From an uncultured Acidobacteriota bacterium (lineage in GTDB: Bacteria > Acidobacteriota > Blastocatellia > RBC074): a DNA stretch of 64,000 nucleotides. The notes under the pieces were generated by a model, which saw only the letters and a program-made list of their open reading frames with translations, ran no database searches and was not told the DNA's origin. Shown one piece after another: positions 21,567-31,559 of this stretch. The first letter of the stretch is position 1. The number at the start of each line of letters is the position of its first letter. The DNA lies in NCBI GenBank assembly GCA_963796275.1, contig CAWCKY010000004.1:1408001-1472000 (forward strand). The letters are read 5' to 3'. A program made the position numbers and the translations under genes.

Positions 21567-24500
21567 TCAGAACTGGAAGCGTGCTCCGAGTTGAATTTGC
21601 CTCTCGCGATATAGAGTTCCGCCCGCCTCGCTGATCGTTCCAAAATTATTGGTGAAGTTAAGGGTACCGCCCCCAGCAGTTGAAATTGAATAGAAACCGG
21701 TATTGGCACCGGTAAATTGAGTGCGGTTAAAGATGTTGAACGCCTCACCGAGAACTTCTAAGTTCATCCCTTCCTTGATGATAAACCGACGGGAAAGTCT
21801 CAGATCTACGTTCCAAACACTGGGCATTTTAAATGCATTGCGCTCAATCAACGGCAGCCGGCTCGCGCCCCCAGATCCGTTGATTCCACCACCACCGGCA
21901 ACGCTGCCGGGCATCGTGCCGGTAACTAGACCGTCGTATGGTTGACCGGTGTAATACTGGAAAATTGGTGCGATGCCCCAACCATCAGCAAGAGTCGTGG
22001 CGAGTTTGCTCCCCAATTTCACCCTCGGAGCATATACAGCGCTTGCTACGAACTTATTGCGCCTATCGAACGTCGATCTACCCCTCTCCTGGCTGACATC
22101 AAAGACATTGTACGGGACATTTCCCGTTGTGAAAGTTTGAGACCTCTGGTTGTCGTCTGTCGCCTTCGACAATGTATAACTAGCGAGGAATTGCAGCCCA
22201 TTGGAAAACCTGCGATTTGCTTGTAACACCAATGAGTGATACTCGGATTTGACAGTGCTGGATATCTCCGTCATCTGAGTAAAGGAAGTATTTGGGCGCA
22301 GGCCGCGAAAGGCCGGAACCGTCACAGTTTGACCATCGAATGGCCCGCCATTGATCAGATAGGTTTGGGTGTCAGTTGGGACATTCAGGTTCCGGTCAAG
22401 GAACGTCGGAAGCCTCCGACCGCTACTGAACAAGTAAGAAGCCGAGACAGTAACATTTCTCGATAGCTCGCGCTCGAAAATGAGGTCTGTCTGATGAATC
22501 ATCGGATTTCCATAGTTTGAAGCAAAAAACTGAATTGCTCCAGTTCCCGCTGGTGCGGATGTCAGCGTGTTGGGAAAAACCGGCGCCAACGTGGAAGTCG
22601 GCAAGATGCTGGCAAGAGTCTGTCCGGCGCTCGTGCCAGTGTTGATCAGAGCATTGTAGATCGCTGAATTGATAATACGGCCATAATAAAGACCATATCC
22701 GCCGCGCAAAGAAGTTCTACCATTCCCGGTCAAGTCAATGGCGAAGCCGGCTCGCGGGCCAAAGTTATTCCTATCCTTAGGCAATGACGAAGTAGCCTGG
22801 TTTAAAGTCAGGCCAGTATTCGGAATAAGGTCGGTACTGGGATTCGGGTTCTGAATATCCGGCATTTGCTGGTATTCATATCTTAGTCCGAAGTTGAGCG
22901 TAACCCTTGGAGTAAACTTCCAGTCGTACTGCAAATAAAAGTTGTAATCAGTCGTGTTGAACTCAGTTCCAGTAGGGCCAAATCCCTGTTGATAATTGGA
23001 TGTGTAGCATCTTCCTGCCAAACGAGCAGCATTCGAAACGCAGTTCGCGCCAGCCAACCCGCCAACTCTCCAATTGGTGTAATCGATAATGAAGTCATTG
23101 ATGTTGGCATAAGCGTAAGAACCGCCTTCAGTGAACAGGTTACTTAAAACCTCATTGACGCGGTTGAAATCAGCGCCGAACTTGAGAACGTTCGCTCCGA
23201 GAGAGAGGGTCACATTGTCTGTGAATTGTGTGCGCTTCTCTTCAGGGTAAGATGTCCGCTCGAGGAAATTCGGTTTCCCGAATTCCAATCCGCCATTCTG
23301 AAGGTTGATAGCCGGCGATCTGCCGTTCGGACCGGTCGTCGGCTCCTGTGGTAGCGACGGCTGGCTAATTTGCAATTCAAAATCGCGCGCATACTGGAAG
23401 CGAAACTCATTGACAAGCCTGGGCGATAGCGTCGAGACGAGGCGGCCGGTTCCCCAATCTACTTTCACGAAATCATCGCCAAAACTCGCCCTGCCACGCG
23501 CATTTGTCGCTTGCGTCTGTACTCCTGAAGGAGAGTCCCAGCGCAGACGGTTATAGGTCGCCGTGAAAGTGTGCTTGCTGCTGATTTGCCAATCAATTTT
23601 CGGCAGGATCAATCCTTGATCACCACTACGCTGGACAGAGCCCGTCAACGATGTGAGAAACGACAATCCATCATCGATCTGCGCACCCGTCAGGCCTCTT
23701 CCAGTCAGCGCGGCACGATTGACTGAATTGAGGTAGGTTGGGCTTGAGAAGATTCCCAATCCGGGAAAGTCGCGTTTCTGTTGGTCGTAGCTGAAGAAGA
23801 AGAACAGCTTATCTTTGACTATCGGCCCGCCAAAAGTGCCGCCGAACTGGTGGCGCACATCATCGGGCTTGATTCCTACAACAGTCGGAGTGCCGCCGAC
23901 CAGGACTGTTTGTGTCGCCAATGGATTACGTGCACCCCAATCATTGTTGCGCTGGAAGTAGAATGCGTCACCGTGAATGTTATTGGTTCCGCTTTTTGTC
24001 ACCGCGTTGGTTACACCGCCCGCCGCGCGTCCATATTCGGCGGAATAGTTCGAGGTATTTACCTGGAACTCACGGATCGCCGACTGTGAGATCGAATAAC
24101 CGATGCGCGTGCGGCCGCGCTCTTCGGAAAAGAACGCCTGATTGTTATCGCCGCCGTCAACTGTGTTGTTGTTGAGCAGCCCTGAAATTCCCCGGAAGCT
24201 GAGCAGGCCGAAGCTACCGTCCGGCACTACGCCGGGTGTCAGAATAACGAAATTAGACCAGCGGCGCCCGTTGATCGGCAGTTCGTTGATTGCGGTCTGG
24301 TTGATATTGCTGGAGAACTCTTTGTTCTCTACATTGACCGATCCGGTTGAAGCTACAACATCAACAATAACCTCGGTGGCGCCTACTTTCAAAGATGCAT
24401 CGACATTGGCTACTCGCCCTATCTCAACCGCGATTCTATCTTGCTTGTAATCGGAAAAGCCGGAAGCGGTGATAGTCATGTGATAAGTGCCAGGCTGAAG

Positions 24501-24737
24501 ATTCGTGAAGCGAAAGCGGCCTTCTGCATCAGTAGTCGCTGTTTCTATTTTGTTGGTATCTAAGCTGCGAAGCGTGACTGTTGCATTTGGGACAACAGCA
24601 TTATTGGGATCGTTGACGCTGCCGCTGATTGCGCCGGTCACCGCCGATTGCGCCATTGCAGAGCTCACCCCTATTGTGAGACAACCCGTTAGCAGAATTA
24701 CTGCACAGGTTAAGCGAAATAAACTTGATCTAAACAT
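21567..24737 (-). CDS. TonB-dependent receptor, Oar-like, with carboxypeptidase-regulatory-like N-terminal domain
   Basis: Signal peptide; G.ISGSV.DP..AVVPNATVT; ELPINGR; EFQV.TSNYSAEYGR..GG..N.VTKSGTN; RQIQLGARFQF end. Confidence 0.93.
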   Translation of the reverse strand: MFRSSLFRLTCAVILLTGCLTIGVSSAMAQSAVTGAISGSVNDPNNAVVPNATVTLRSLDTNKIETATTDAEGRFRFTNLQPGTYHMTITASGFSDYKQDRIAVEIGRVANVDASLKVGATEVIVDVVASTGSVNVENKEFSSNINQTAINELPINGRRWSNFVILTPGVVPDGSFGLLSFRGISGLLNNNTVDGGDNNQAFFSEERGRTRIGYSISQSAIREFQVNTSNYSAEYGRAAGGVTNAVTKSGTNNIHGDAFYFQRNNDWGARNPLATQTVLVGGTPTVVGIKPDDVRHQFGGTFGGPIVKDKLFFFFSYDQQKRDFPGLGIFSSPTYLNSVNRAALTGRGLTGAQIDDGLSFLTSLTGSVQRSGDQGLILPKIDWQISSKHTFTATYNRLRWDSPSGVQTQATNARGRASFGDDFVKVDWGTGRLVSTLSPRLVNEFRFQYARDFELQISQPSLPQEPTTGPNGRSPAINLQNGGLEFGKPNFLERTSYPEEKRTQFTDNVTLSLGANVLKFGADFNRVNEVLSNLFTEGGSYAYANINDFIIDYTNWRVGGLAGANCVSNAARLAGRCYTSNYQQGFGPTGTEFNTTDYNFYLQYDWKFTPRVTLNFGLRYEYQQMPDIQNPNPSTDLIPNTGLTLNQATSSLPKDRNNFGPRAGFAIDLTGNGRTSLRGGYGLYYGRIINSAIYNALINTGTSAGQTLASILPTSTLAPVFPNTLTSAPAGTGAIQFFASNYGNPMIHQTDLIFERELSRNVTVSASYLFSSGRRLPTFLDRNLNVPTDTQTYLINGGPFDGQTVTVPAFRGLRPNTSFTQMTEISSTVKSEYHSLVLQANRRFSNGLQFLASYTLSKATDDNQRSQTFTTGNVPYNVFDVSQERGRSTFDRRNKFVASAVYAPRVKLGSKLATTLADGWGIAPIFQYYTGQPYDGLVTGTMPGSVAGGGGINGSGGASRLPLIERNAFKMPSVWNVDLRLSRRFIIKEGMNLEVLGEAFNIFNRTQFTGANTGFYSISTAGGGTLNFTNNFGTISEAGGTLYRERQIQLGARFQF

Positions 24738-25016
24738 ATCTCTCCCTATCTCGTTAATCGAGTTACGAATATACACGAGCACACCGACCTCATCCGTCGC
24801 TAAGACCCGTGGTAGTTACCAAATATTTTCGACTGATTTCATCCCTGCTGGCGTAGCCGTTTGGCCGGATTGTGATGGTCATTGCCCCCTCGTCAGGGGC
24901 GCGATTTTTTAACAAACGAATTCCGCGAATTATCGCTTTATGTATTATGAAAATTGGTGAAAATCTCTGAGATTATATATTACAGGTACTCAAACGTGAG
25001 TTTGTTTCAGCGGACG

Positions 25017-25045
25017 AGAGTAAATCAGAGAGGCTTGAAGGTCAA
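25017..25045 (-). promoter_or_regulatory. Candidate sigma-70 promoter for the TonB receptor (implies ~270 nt leader)
   Basis: Minus strand TTGACC-17 bp-TACTCT. Confidence 0.45.
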
Positions 25046-25102
25046 GTTAAGTTCCTCTCAAGACTCAGCACAAAATCCACAAACTGATGCTTCGAATTAC
25101 TA

Positions 25103-26128
25103 TTAACTTCCTCCTATCCGCGTAACCTTAACCGCGCCGCCGTCAAGTAGCTCAACATCGTATGATACCATTTTCGATTCGTTATTCTTATCGATGACAG
25201 GTACTTTAAAGCGGCCGCGCGCTCCATCCATCTTCAGATCGATCGGGAAGCGGCCCGATACATCTTCGCGAAATGGCGTCGTGTAGTTGCGCGAGACCGG
25301 ATCGTAAGCCAGCACCTTCACGCGGTCGAAATCGATATGTTCGTCCTGGTTCGTTATCGTTCGTTCGAGGACGAGGTAATGATCGCCCGTGCCGCCATTC
25401 GCTTCTTTCACAGACCCGAGCTTCTGCCATCCGGTTATGCGGCGCCCGCTCGACGCGAAATAAACGATATCGCCGGGGATCTCCAGTTCGACCGAGCCAC
25501 CGTAAATCCAGCCCGCCGGCAACACAGCGGAATCCTTCAAGCGGACCAGCAGCCAATCATCATAAGCACTCCCTCCCGATTTATTCTCTACCTGTTTACC
25601 TTCGGCCTCTGCCGCCGGCGCGGTCGGTTTGGGCTTGCGGTCCCGCGCGACTACCTCGAGTAAAGTGCCTTCCGGTAACAGAGTCGCAACGTTCTTGTCG
25701 TCCGAACGATCCGGCGTCAATCTCAGTTTGAGCGACGCTTTCGATCTTCCGATCGCTTGTGTCTGTGTATCTTTATATTTTTCGGCGATGCGGCGCGATT
25801 CTTCGACGACATTATCCTTCACGAAGTATTTGGCCTCTGCCCATAAATCCAATCCCGAATCGATGCTCGGCGCCTTTATCTTCGCCCAAAGCCTTCCGTC
25901 CTCCGAATAAGAGCGATCCACAATCGTGATCCGATCTCCTCCTTTCAACTCACCTACAACTTTTGAAACTTGCGCCGTCGAGCTCCTCAGCCTTAGGCTG
26001 GCTGGCTCAACATAGGCAGTTTCATTAAGCGGAGTGCTGCCAGAGCACGAGGCATAGAAGGCCGTCCCCGCTAAGAATAGTAGTATTGTAGCTGATATCG
26101 GCGTGCAGAATTTATGAGCGATACTCAT
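25103..26128 (-). CDS. Exported SH3b-domain protein (two SH3-like domains), possible lipoprotein
   Basis: Hydrophobic N-terminus ending ASC; LRLR....[13 protein letters not shown]....WAKI; second LRLTP....LPEGTLLEV....WLLVR...AGWIYG. Confidence 0.7.
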   Translation of the reverse strand: MSIAHKFCTPISATILLFLAGTAFYASCSGSTPLNETAYVEPASLRLRSSTAQVSKVVGELKGGDRITIVDRSYSEDGRLWAKIKAPSIDSGLDLWAEAKYFVKDNVVEESRRIAEKYKDTQTQAIGRSKASLKLRLTPDRSDDKNVATLLPEGTLLEVVARDRKPKPTAPAAEAEGKQVENKSGGSAYDDWLLVRLKDSAVLPAGWIYGGSVELEIPGDIVYFASSGRRITGWQKLGSVKEANGGTGDHYLVLERTITNQDEHIDFDRVKVLAYDPVSRNYTTPFREDVSGRFPIDLKMDGARGRFKVPVIDKNNESKMVSYDVELLDGGAVKVTRIGGS

Positions 26129-26284
26129 TTGTCCTTATCGAAGGGCGTTTTTTAAACTTCATGTTAAGATTCCTATGACACGGATAGAATGAGTTTAAAA
26201 TTGTAAGCCCAAACTTTCAACTGAAGTTTATCCTCCTTAATTTATCCCCCCCTAATCCGAGACATTATTGAAGGAGTCAAATAT

Positions 26285-27313
26285 ATGGTTAAATCTTCAG
26301 ACCGCAGGCCGGCAAGAGCTACATCGCTCATTTCGTTCGTTTGCATAGTCATCATAGCAGCTCCATTTTCCATCGGTCGCACTATTCAGAAGCAGAATGG
26401 CCGCGCGCAGAGCGGAAAGCCTGTGATCTGGCGCGATCCCGGCGATGTCGCGAAACTTGACTTCATTGGCGGCTCAGGAGGACGCCGAAAGGCTCCCAAA
26501 CCGCCTTTCGCTTTTATCGAAGAGATTCTATCGGGTTCAAATCCCAAAGTTCGCGTGGTAGATGCTGATGGCGTGAAATGGTCGGTAAAATTCGGTCTTG
26601 AGGTTCACGCGGAAATTTTTGCGACGCGACTCGCATGGGCCGTCGGCTATTTCGTCGAGCCTTTATATTTTGTCGCGGCTGGAGTGATCGATGACCTGGG
26701 CCAGCTCAAACGCGCGAAGGAGTTTATAAAACCTGACGGCAGTTTTATCGACGCGCGCTTCGAAAGGCAGCGCGAGAAGGGGATCAAGAGTCTTGAGGAT
26801 GAAGAAAGCTGGAGCTGGTTGCAAAACCCATTCGCGGGCTCGCAAGAGTTGAACGGGTTGAAGGCCATTATGATGCTGGTCTCAAATTGGGATAACAAAG
26901 ATGTACGGGATATCAAACGCGGATCGAACACGGCAATATTTAAATACCCGATGAGCAGCGGCACTGAGGATCGTTATCTGGTAAATGACTGGGGAGGCGC
27001 TATGGGCAAGTGGGGCGGTTATCTGAACCGGGGAAAATGGGATTGCAAGGGCTACACAAAACAGACGCCGGATTTCGTCAAGGGAGTGAGGGGAGATTAT
27101 TTTGTCTGGGGTTATACGGGGCAACACACCAGCGATTTCGCCGATGACATTCGCATCAGCGATATGCGCTGGTTGATCCAATATCTGGGGCGCGTCACCG
27201 ATGATCAATTACGCGATGGCTTACGAGCGAGCGGAGCGAAAACCGATGAAGTCGATTGCTTTGCGCGGGCCGTCCGCGAGCGTATTGACCAGATAAAAAG
27301 CTGCGTTGAGTAA
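26285..27313 (+). CDS. Secreted hypothetical protein with atypical (HipA/PI3K-like) kinase motifs
   Basis: AAGGAG SD; signal peptide; GSNPK...[26 protein letters not shown]...N, LVNDWG. Confidence 0.6.
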   Translation: MVKSSDRRPARATSLISFVCIVIIAAPFSIGRTIQKQNGRAQSGKPVIWRDPGDVAKLDFIGGSGGRRKAPKPPFAFIEEILSGSNPKVRVVDADGVKWSVKFGLEVHAEIFATRLAWAVGYFVEPLYFVAAGVIDDLGQLKRAKEFIKPDGSFIDARFERQREKGIKSLEDEESWSWLQNPFAGSQELNGLKAIMMLVSNWDNKDVRDIKRGSNTAIFKYPMSSGTEDRYLVNDWGGAMGKWGGYLNRGKWDCKGYTKQTPDFVKGVRGDYFVWGYTGQHTSDFADDIRISDMRWLIQYLGRVTDDQLRDGLRASGAKTDEVDCFARAVRERIDQIKSCVE

Positions 27314-27396
27314 TTTTAGATTTTAGATTTTAGATTTAGTCTCCAGTGACTACCATCTGAACACTGAAACTGAAAACTAAAATTAACTGCTCACCC

Positions 27397-27581
27397 TCTT
27401 CGCCGCGTTAGCGGCGGTTGATTGTAGCCGAGGGTTTTAACCCACGGCGGCGGTAGATTTTTTCACGTCGCGTCAGCGACGGTTGAATTCAGGCGTCGCT
27501 AACGCGACGCGGGAATATCCTTCAAGCATTCCGTGGGTTAAAACCCACGGCTACAATCAACCGCCGCTAACGCGGCGAAGA
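27397..27581. repeat. REPIN-like nested palindrome (~185 bp) of GTAG-tagged REP arms around a CGTC-tagged inner palindrome
   Basis: 51-bp arms 27397-27447 and 27531-27581 are inverted with 1 mismatch and contain GTAG-CCG(A/T)GGGTTTTAACCCACGG; inner arms 27466-27481 and 27494-27509 flank GAATTC. Confidence 0.88.
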
Positions 27582-27801
27582 TAGGGTACATCGGTGCGTC
27601 GCAAGGTGAGGGATCTCGCCGAACCGTGGGTTGAAATCTACACAAATCAGAGATCTCGGAATTCAACTAAAATGCGGGAGTATACATAATGATTGGCCCT
27701 CCTCTTAGCCAGGATTTACGTAAAACCGGGCTGAGGAGCCGCTTATCATTCTGTGCCGTCTCTTGCCATCGAGGGATTTTCAAAATCAGAGTAAATACCA
27801 A

Positions 27802-27919
27802 TGGGTTAAAACCCACGGCTACAATCAACCGCCGCTAACGCGGCGAAGAAGCGGAGCGGTTAATTTCAGTTTTTAGTTTTAGCTGAGCTGTTTCGTTCAG
27901 CAACTGAAAACTAAAAACT
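27802..27919. repeat. Third REP arm plus heptamer-armed flank, homologous (inverted) to 62849-62932
   Basis: 27802-27849 is identical to 27534-27581; followed by TTTCAGT TTTTAGT TTTAGCTGAGC...CAGCAACTG AAAACTA AAAACTA. Confidence 0.85.
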
Positions 27920-29705
27920 ATTTCTTCTGCGCCTGTGCGGATGGTATGGGTTGCTTGGGCGGCGGGTCTAGCAGTTTGAGTTCTTTCGCTTTGAGCAGCA
28001 GGTTTCCTGCAATCGGTGCGGAGGTGCGTGAGCCGTATCCGCCTCCTTCGACCACGACGGCGAAAGCAATTTGAGGATTTTCGACCGGCGCAAAGCCGAT
28101 AAACCAGGAATCGATACGGAACTCTTTTTTGAATCGCTCACGCCCGCGCTTATCGCGATACATAATCGGGCGTTTAGTCTTCGGATCGACCGCGTTGACC
28201 TGGCGCTGGGCGGTCCCCGTCTTACCTCCGGCCGTCAATTTGTCGCGGATCAAACCCGCGAAGGCTCCGCTCGCCGTGCCGCGCTCGACCACCGATGCCA
28301 TCAATTCGCGCATCTTTTCTGCCGTTTGCGACGACATCGCCTGACTTAAAACGGCACGCTGCCTCCCCAGCTCGATCACGGGCCGCATCACCATCCCCTC
28401 TCGATTGGCGGCGGCGGCGGCGACAATTGCCATCTCCATGGCCGTCAGTTGAACGTATCCCTGTCCGATCGATTCGAGCGCCAGATCGTATTTGGTGACG
28501 CCCCGTCCCGAGACGAAGGTCGACTGGAGCGGCGCGAGCGAGGATGAAAGCACCCTGTTTTCGGTGCTCCACAGATCATTGCGGCGCCCCGCACCGATGG
28601 ATTCCGCCGCGACATTGAATACCTTAAGCCCGAAGCGCGATGCCGCATCGCCCATCCTCTGCCGTTCGACCTCAACACCCAGCTGCGCGAAATACTGGTT
28701 GCAGGACCGGGTGTACGCCTCGAGCAGGCCTAATCTGCCGTGCGCTTCACCCTCATCATCCCGGATCGCACGGTTCGACCCGGGCGGCGTCCACCCTTCT
28801 CCCCGGCAGGTGAATTCGAGATTATCAAGTCTCGACTCGATAGCCGCGGCAGCAGTGACCGTCTTGAGCGTAGAGCCCGGCAGATAGTACTCGCTCAGCG
28901 CACGATTGAGCAGCGGCTGCCGCATCGCGTCATTCTGCATCTCGTTCCATCGTTCACCGATCTCCACGTGAGCGGGATCGAAACTCGGACTGCTCACAAG
29001 CGCATAGATCTCGCCTGACTGCGGATTGAGCATGACGATCGCGCCGCGTTTATCTTTCAGCTGAGCGAATGCCTCTCTTTGCAGATCGAAGTCGATGGTC
29101 AGTATCAAGTCCCTGCCGACCGCAGGGCGCGCCGTCTCGTTATTGAACGAAATGAATTTTTCCCACCAGCTCTTTTCATCATTAATCGGAGGCTGCGCTA
29201 CGACGGCGCGCTCCAGTCCTGAGTCTCCGCGCGCGAGCGTGCCGTAACCGATGATGTGCGCGGCTGCAGGCCCGAGCGGATAATCGCGGATGATCTGTCC
29301 ATTCAGATATCGGTACTTCGCCAGAGTCTTCTTCGCATCGTGGTGACGGTCGTATATCCAGCCTCGCAGAGTGCTCTCGACCTCTCGGCGGTTACGCTGA
29401 TCGCGGCGATTCTTCAGTCCGGCGAACGCCTCGTTGACGCCGAGCGGGCCAGTAGCGTAAAGCCCCCAATAAAAGTGGAAGCCCAATGCGGTGAGCACCA
29501 TCAGCGCAAACAGCCAACGCACATAACGCAGCCGTGCGCTGGTCAGGCGCGGACCGAAGTCTTCAGGCAGACCTGCATCGGTCATTTCATTTTGCGTGCG
29601 AGGGGAATTCCGTGCCCGATAACGCCAGGCGGATAGAAGAAGCGAAATGGTCAGCCAGCCCAGGCCGAATAAAAGTATAAGTGTGGCAATGAAAGCAAAA
29701 TTCAT
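27918..29705 (-). CDS. Class B penicillin-binding protein (PbpA-like transpeptidase)
   Basis: RG.IYDR, PGSTLK (SxxK), SCN (SxN), GKTGTAQ, WFIGFAP; two N-terminal TM segments. Confidence 0.9.
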   Translation of the reverse strand: MNFAFIATLILLFGLGWLTISLLLSAWRYRARNSPRTQNEMTDAGLPEDFGPRLTSARLRYVRWLFALMVLTALGFHFYWGLYATGPLGVNEAFAGLKNRRDQRNRREVESTLRGWIYDRHHDAKKTLAKYRYLNGQIIRDYPLGPAAAHIIGYGTLARGDSGLERAVVAQPPINDEKSWWEKFISFNNETARPAVGRDLILTIDFDLQREAFAQLKDKRGAIVMLNPQSGEIYALVSSPSFDPAHVEIGERWNEMQNDAMRQPLLNRALSEYYLPGSTLKTVTAAAAIESRLDNLEFTCRGEGWTPPGSNRAIRDDEGEAHGRLGLLEAYTRSCNQYFAQLGVEVERQRMGDAASRFGLKVFNVAAESIGAGRRNDLWSTENRVLSSSLAPLQSTFVSGRGVTKYDLALESIGQGYVQLTAMEMAIVAAAAANREGMVMRPVIELGRQRAVLSQAMSSQTAEKMRELMASVVERGTASGAFAGLIRDKLTAGGKTGTAQRQVNAVDPKTKRPIMYRDKRGRERFKKEFRIDSWFIGFAPVENPQIAFAVVVEGGGYGSRTSAPIAGNLLLKAKELKLLDPPPKQPIPSAQAQKK

Positions 29706-29728
29706 ATCAATTCCGCGCAGGCGAGTCT

Positions 29729-30541
29729 CTACGCAGACTCATCTTTCAGTCTCATTTCCATGCCCAGCTCGACGTCACCGAAACGCACACGATCGCCGTC
29801 GCGAACTATGGTCCTGTCTCCAGTGCCCAACAAGATGCCATTGACATAAGTGCCGTTGGCGCTGGCCCGGTCGGCCAGCTCGAGCGTTCCGTCGGGCGAC
29901 AGCACAAATGCCGCATGGAAATTAGATACCGTCGGGTCTCTGATGACCATCTCGTTCGCCACATTTCGCCCGACGCCCACCGGATCACCGCCGCTCTTCA
30001 CGTCCACGCGAAATTCGGGGAACCCTCCGATGCCCCGCACCACTACGTGAACGCATTTATGCGGCGGCGCGCCAGCTCCCTTAGCAGCGAGCTGGCCGGA
30101 ATTGCCTTTCACAATTACTACCTGTCTCGCCTCGCCAAAACCGAATTTAACCTCGAGTCCGCGCGTGAAAGCGTCATAACCGATCTTCAACTGTACTTTG
30201 TCGAGCACAGCATAGCGGCGATTATAGATGTATTCGTATGCGCTTGAACTCAATTCCCGTTCGAGAAATGCGCGTCTCCGCTGGCCCATGCGAGTGTACG
30301 TTTCGTAATCGTAGCGCAATTCAATCAGGTTGGGAGCGACGATGCGCGTCTCTTCTGTCCTCAGATTCTCTTCTATCGCCCGTTCGATCTGTGGAATGAG
30401 CGCCGAGAGATCCGTCCGCCCACTTATCTGAGTGGAGGTCCCGCGCCGCAAAGCGTAATCGAGAGCACCGCCGATGCGCTCGAAAAATCGACGTACGAAA
30501 AATTCTAAACGATTTACCATGCCAGGGCTGTTTTCTAACAT
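29729..30541 (-). CDS. FhaA-like protein (DUF3662-like N-terminus + FHA domain)
   Basis: IVAPN...Y N-terminal region; FHA signature VGR....VSNFHA...[11 protein letters not shown]...DGDRVRFG. Confidence 0.8.
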   Translation of the reverse strand: MLENSPGMVNRLEFFVRRFFERIGGALDYALRRGTSTQISGRTDLSALIPQIERAIEENLRTEETRIVAPNLIELRYDYETYTRMGQRRRAFLERELSSSAYEYIYNRRYAVLDKVQLKIGYDAFTRGLEVKFGFGEARQVVIVKGNSGQLAAKGAGAPPHKCVHVVVRGIGGFPEFRVDVKSGGDPVGVGRNVANEMVIRDPTVSNFHAAFVLSPDGTLELADRASANGTYVNGILLGTGDRTIVRDGDRVRFGDVELGMEMRLKDESA

Positions 30542-30738
30542 ATCAATGCATAAATCGGAGAATTACCGCTAGAAGGGATTCGCTATTGTCGTTCGTGATT
30601 CTTTCTGCCCCATCGTTTGCCCGATAAATTCCCTTCCATTTTGCCTCTGTTGCATCAATGCAATTCAATGAACGATTAGCAATAGTCAATCTCAACCCCA
30701 AATTGCTATGCGATGCAATACATTTTACTTTGTCCCCC

Positions 30739-31530
30739 CTATGGCAAACGCCTCTGCTTCGCCGCCTCGAACAGAAAAACGGCAGCAGCCGCTGCCACAT
30801 TGAGCGACTCTACGGGAGCGCAAAGGGGTATACGCAACCGTGCATCGCAACGTTCCAATAACTCGGTGGCGATGCCCCGCCCCTCATTCCCGAATATAAC
30901 CATTGTTGGAAGGCGCCAATCGTAATCATTATAGATGATATCAGCATCAGCCGATGCCGTTACGATATTAATTTGACCCGAGCGCGCCATCGCAAGGACA
31001 ACATCGGCATCGACCTTCTCCGCGATCGGAAGACGGAACGCGCTTCCCATGCTGCTGCGCAGCGTCTTGGGCGCAAAGGCATCGACTGAACCTCTCAAAG
31101 CTACCAGGCCAGTTGCCCCCGCAGCTTCCGCCGTCCGGACTATCGCCCCGAAATTTCCCGGATCCTGCACGGAATCGAGGCAAACAATAAGTATCTTATC
31201 ATTTGGCGAGAATACCTGCTCGATCGCAAAGTGCGGGCGTTGAGCGATGATGATCAATCCTTGAGTATTGACCGTATCGGCGAGAGTGGCGAGCACCGGC
31301 TCGGCTGCCTGATAGACCTGGCAATTGCGAAGCGTCGCCTCGGCAATAATCTTTTCCGCACGCGGGTTGGGAGAGGGTGTGTGGAAACAGGCGATCAATT
31401 TGAGATTCGCCTGTAAAGATTCCTCGATGAGTCGCTCGCCTTCGAGAAAGATCAGATCGGCCTCGCGGCCATCGCGCACCCCTCGCGCATGTTTTATGCG
31501 TTCATTGGCGGGGCTGGTAATCAGCATCAT
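30739..31530 (-). CDS. TrmH/SpoU family RNA methyltransferase
   Basis: [27 protein letters not shown]....ESLNVAAA. Confidence 0.92.
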   Translation of the reverse strand: MMLITSPANERIKHARGVRDGREADLIFLEGERLIEESLQANLKLIACFHTPSPNPRAEKIIAEATLRNCQVYQAAEPVLATLADTVNTQGLIIIAQRPHFAIEQVFSPNDKILIVCLDSVQDPGNFGAIVRTAEAAGATGLVALRGSVDAFAPKTLRSSMGSAFRLPIAEKVDADVVLAMARSGQINIVTASADADIIYNDYDWRLPTMVIFGNEGRGIATELLERCDARLRIPLCAPVESLNVAAAAAVFLFEAAKQRRLP

Positions 31531-31559
31531 CTTAGATTAAATTCCCCAACTTCAGCAGT

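Noticed and set aside
27313-27919. Repeated ~50-bp sequence considered as a CRISPR array
   Set aside because: The copies are inverted and irregularly spaced, with no constant-length spacers and no cas genes; this fits REP/REPIN.
30543-30925. Short ORFs between fhaA and the TrmH gene
   Set aside because: No ribosome-binding site or motifs; more likely promoter DNA or antisense overlap.
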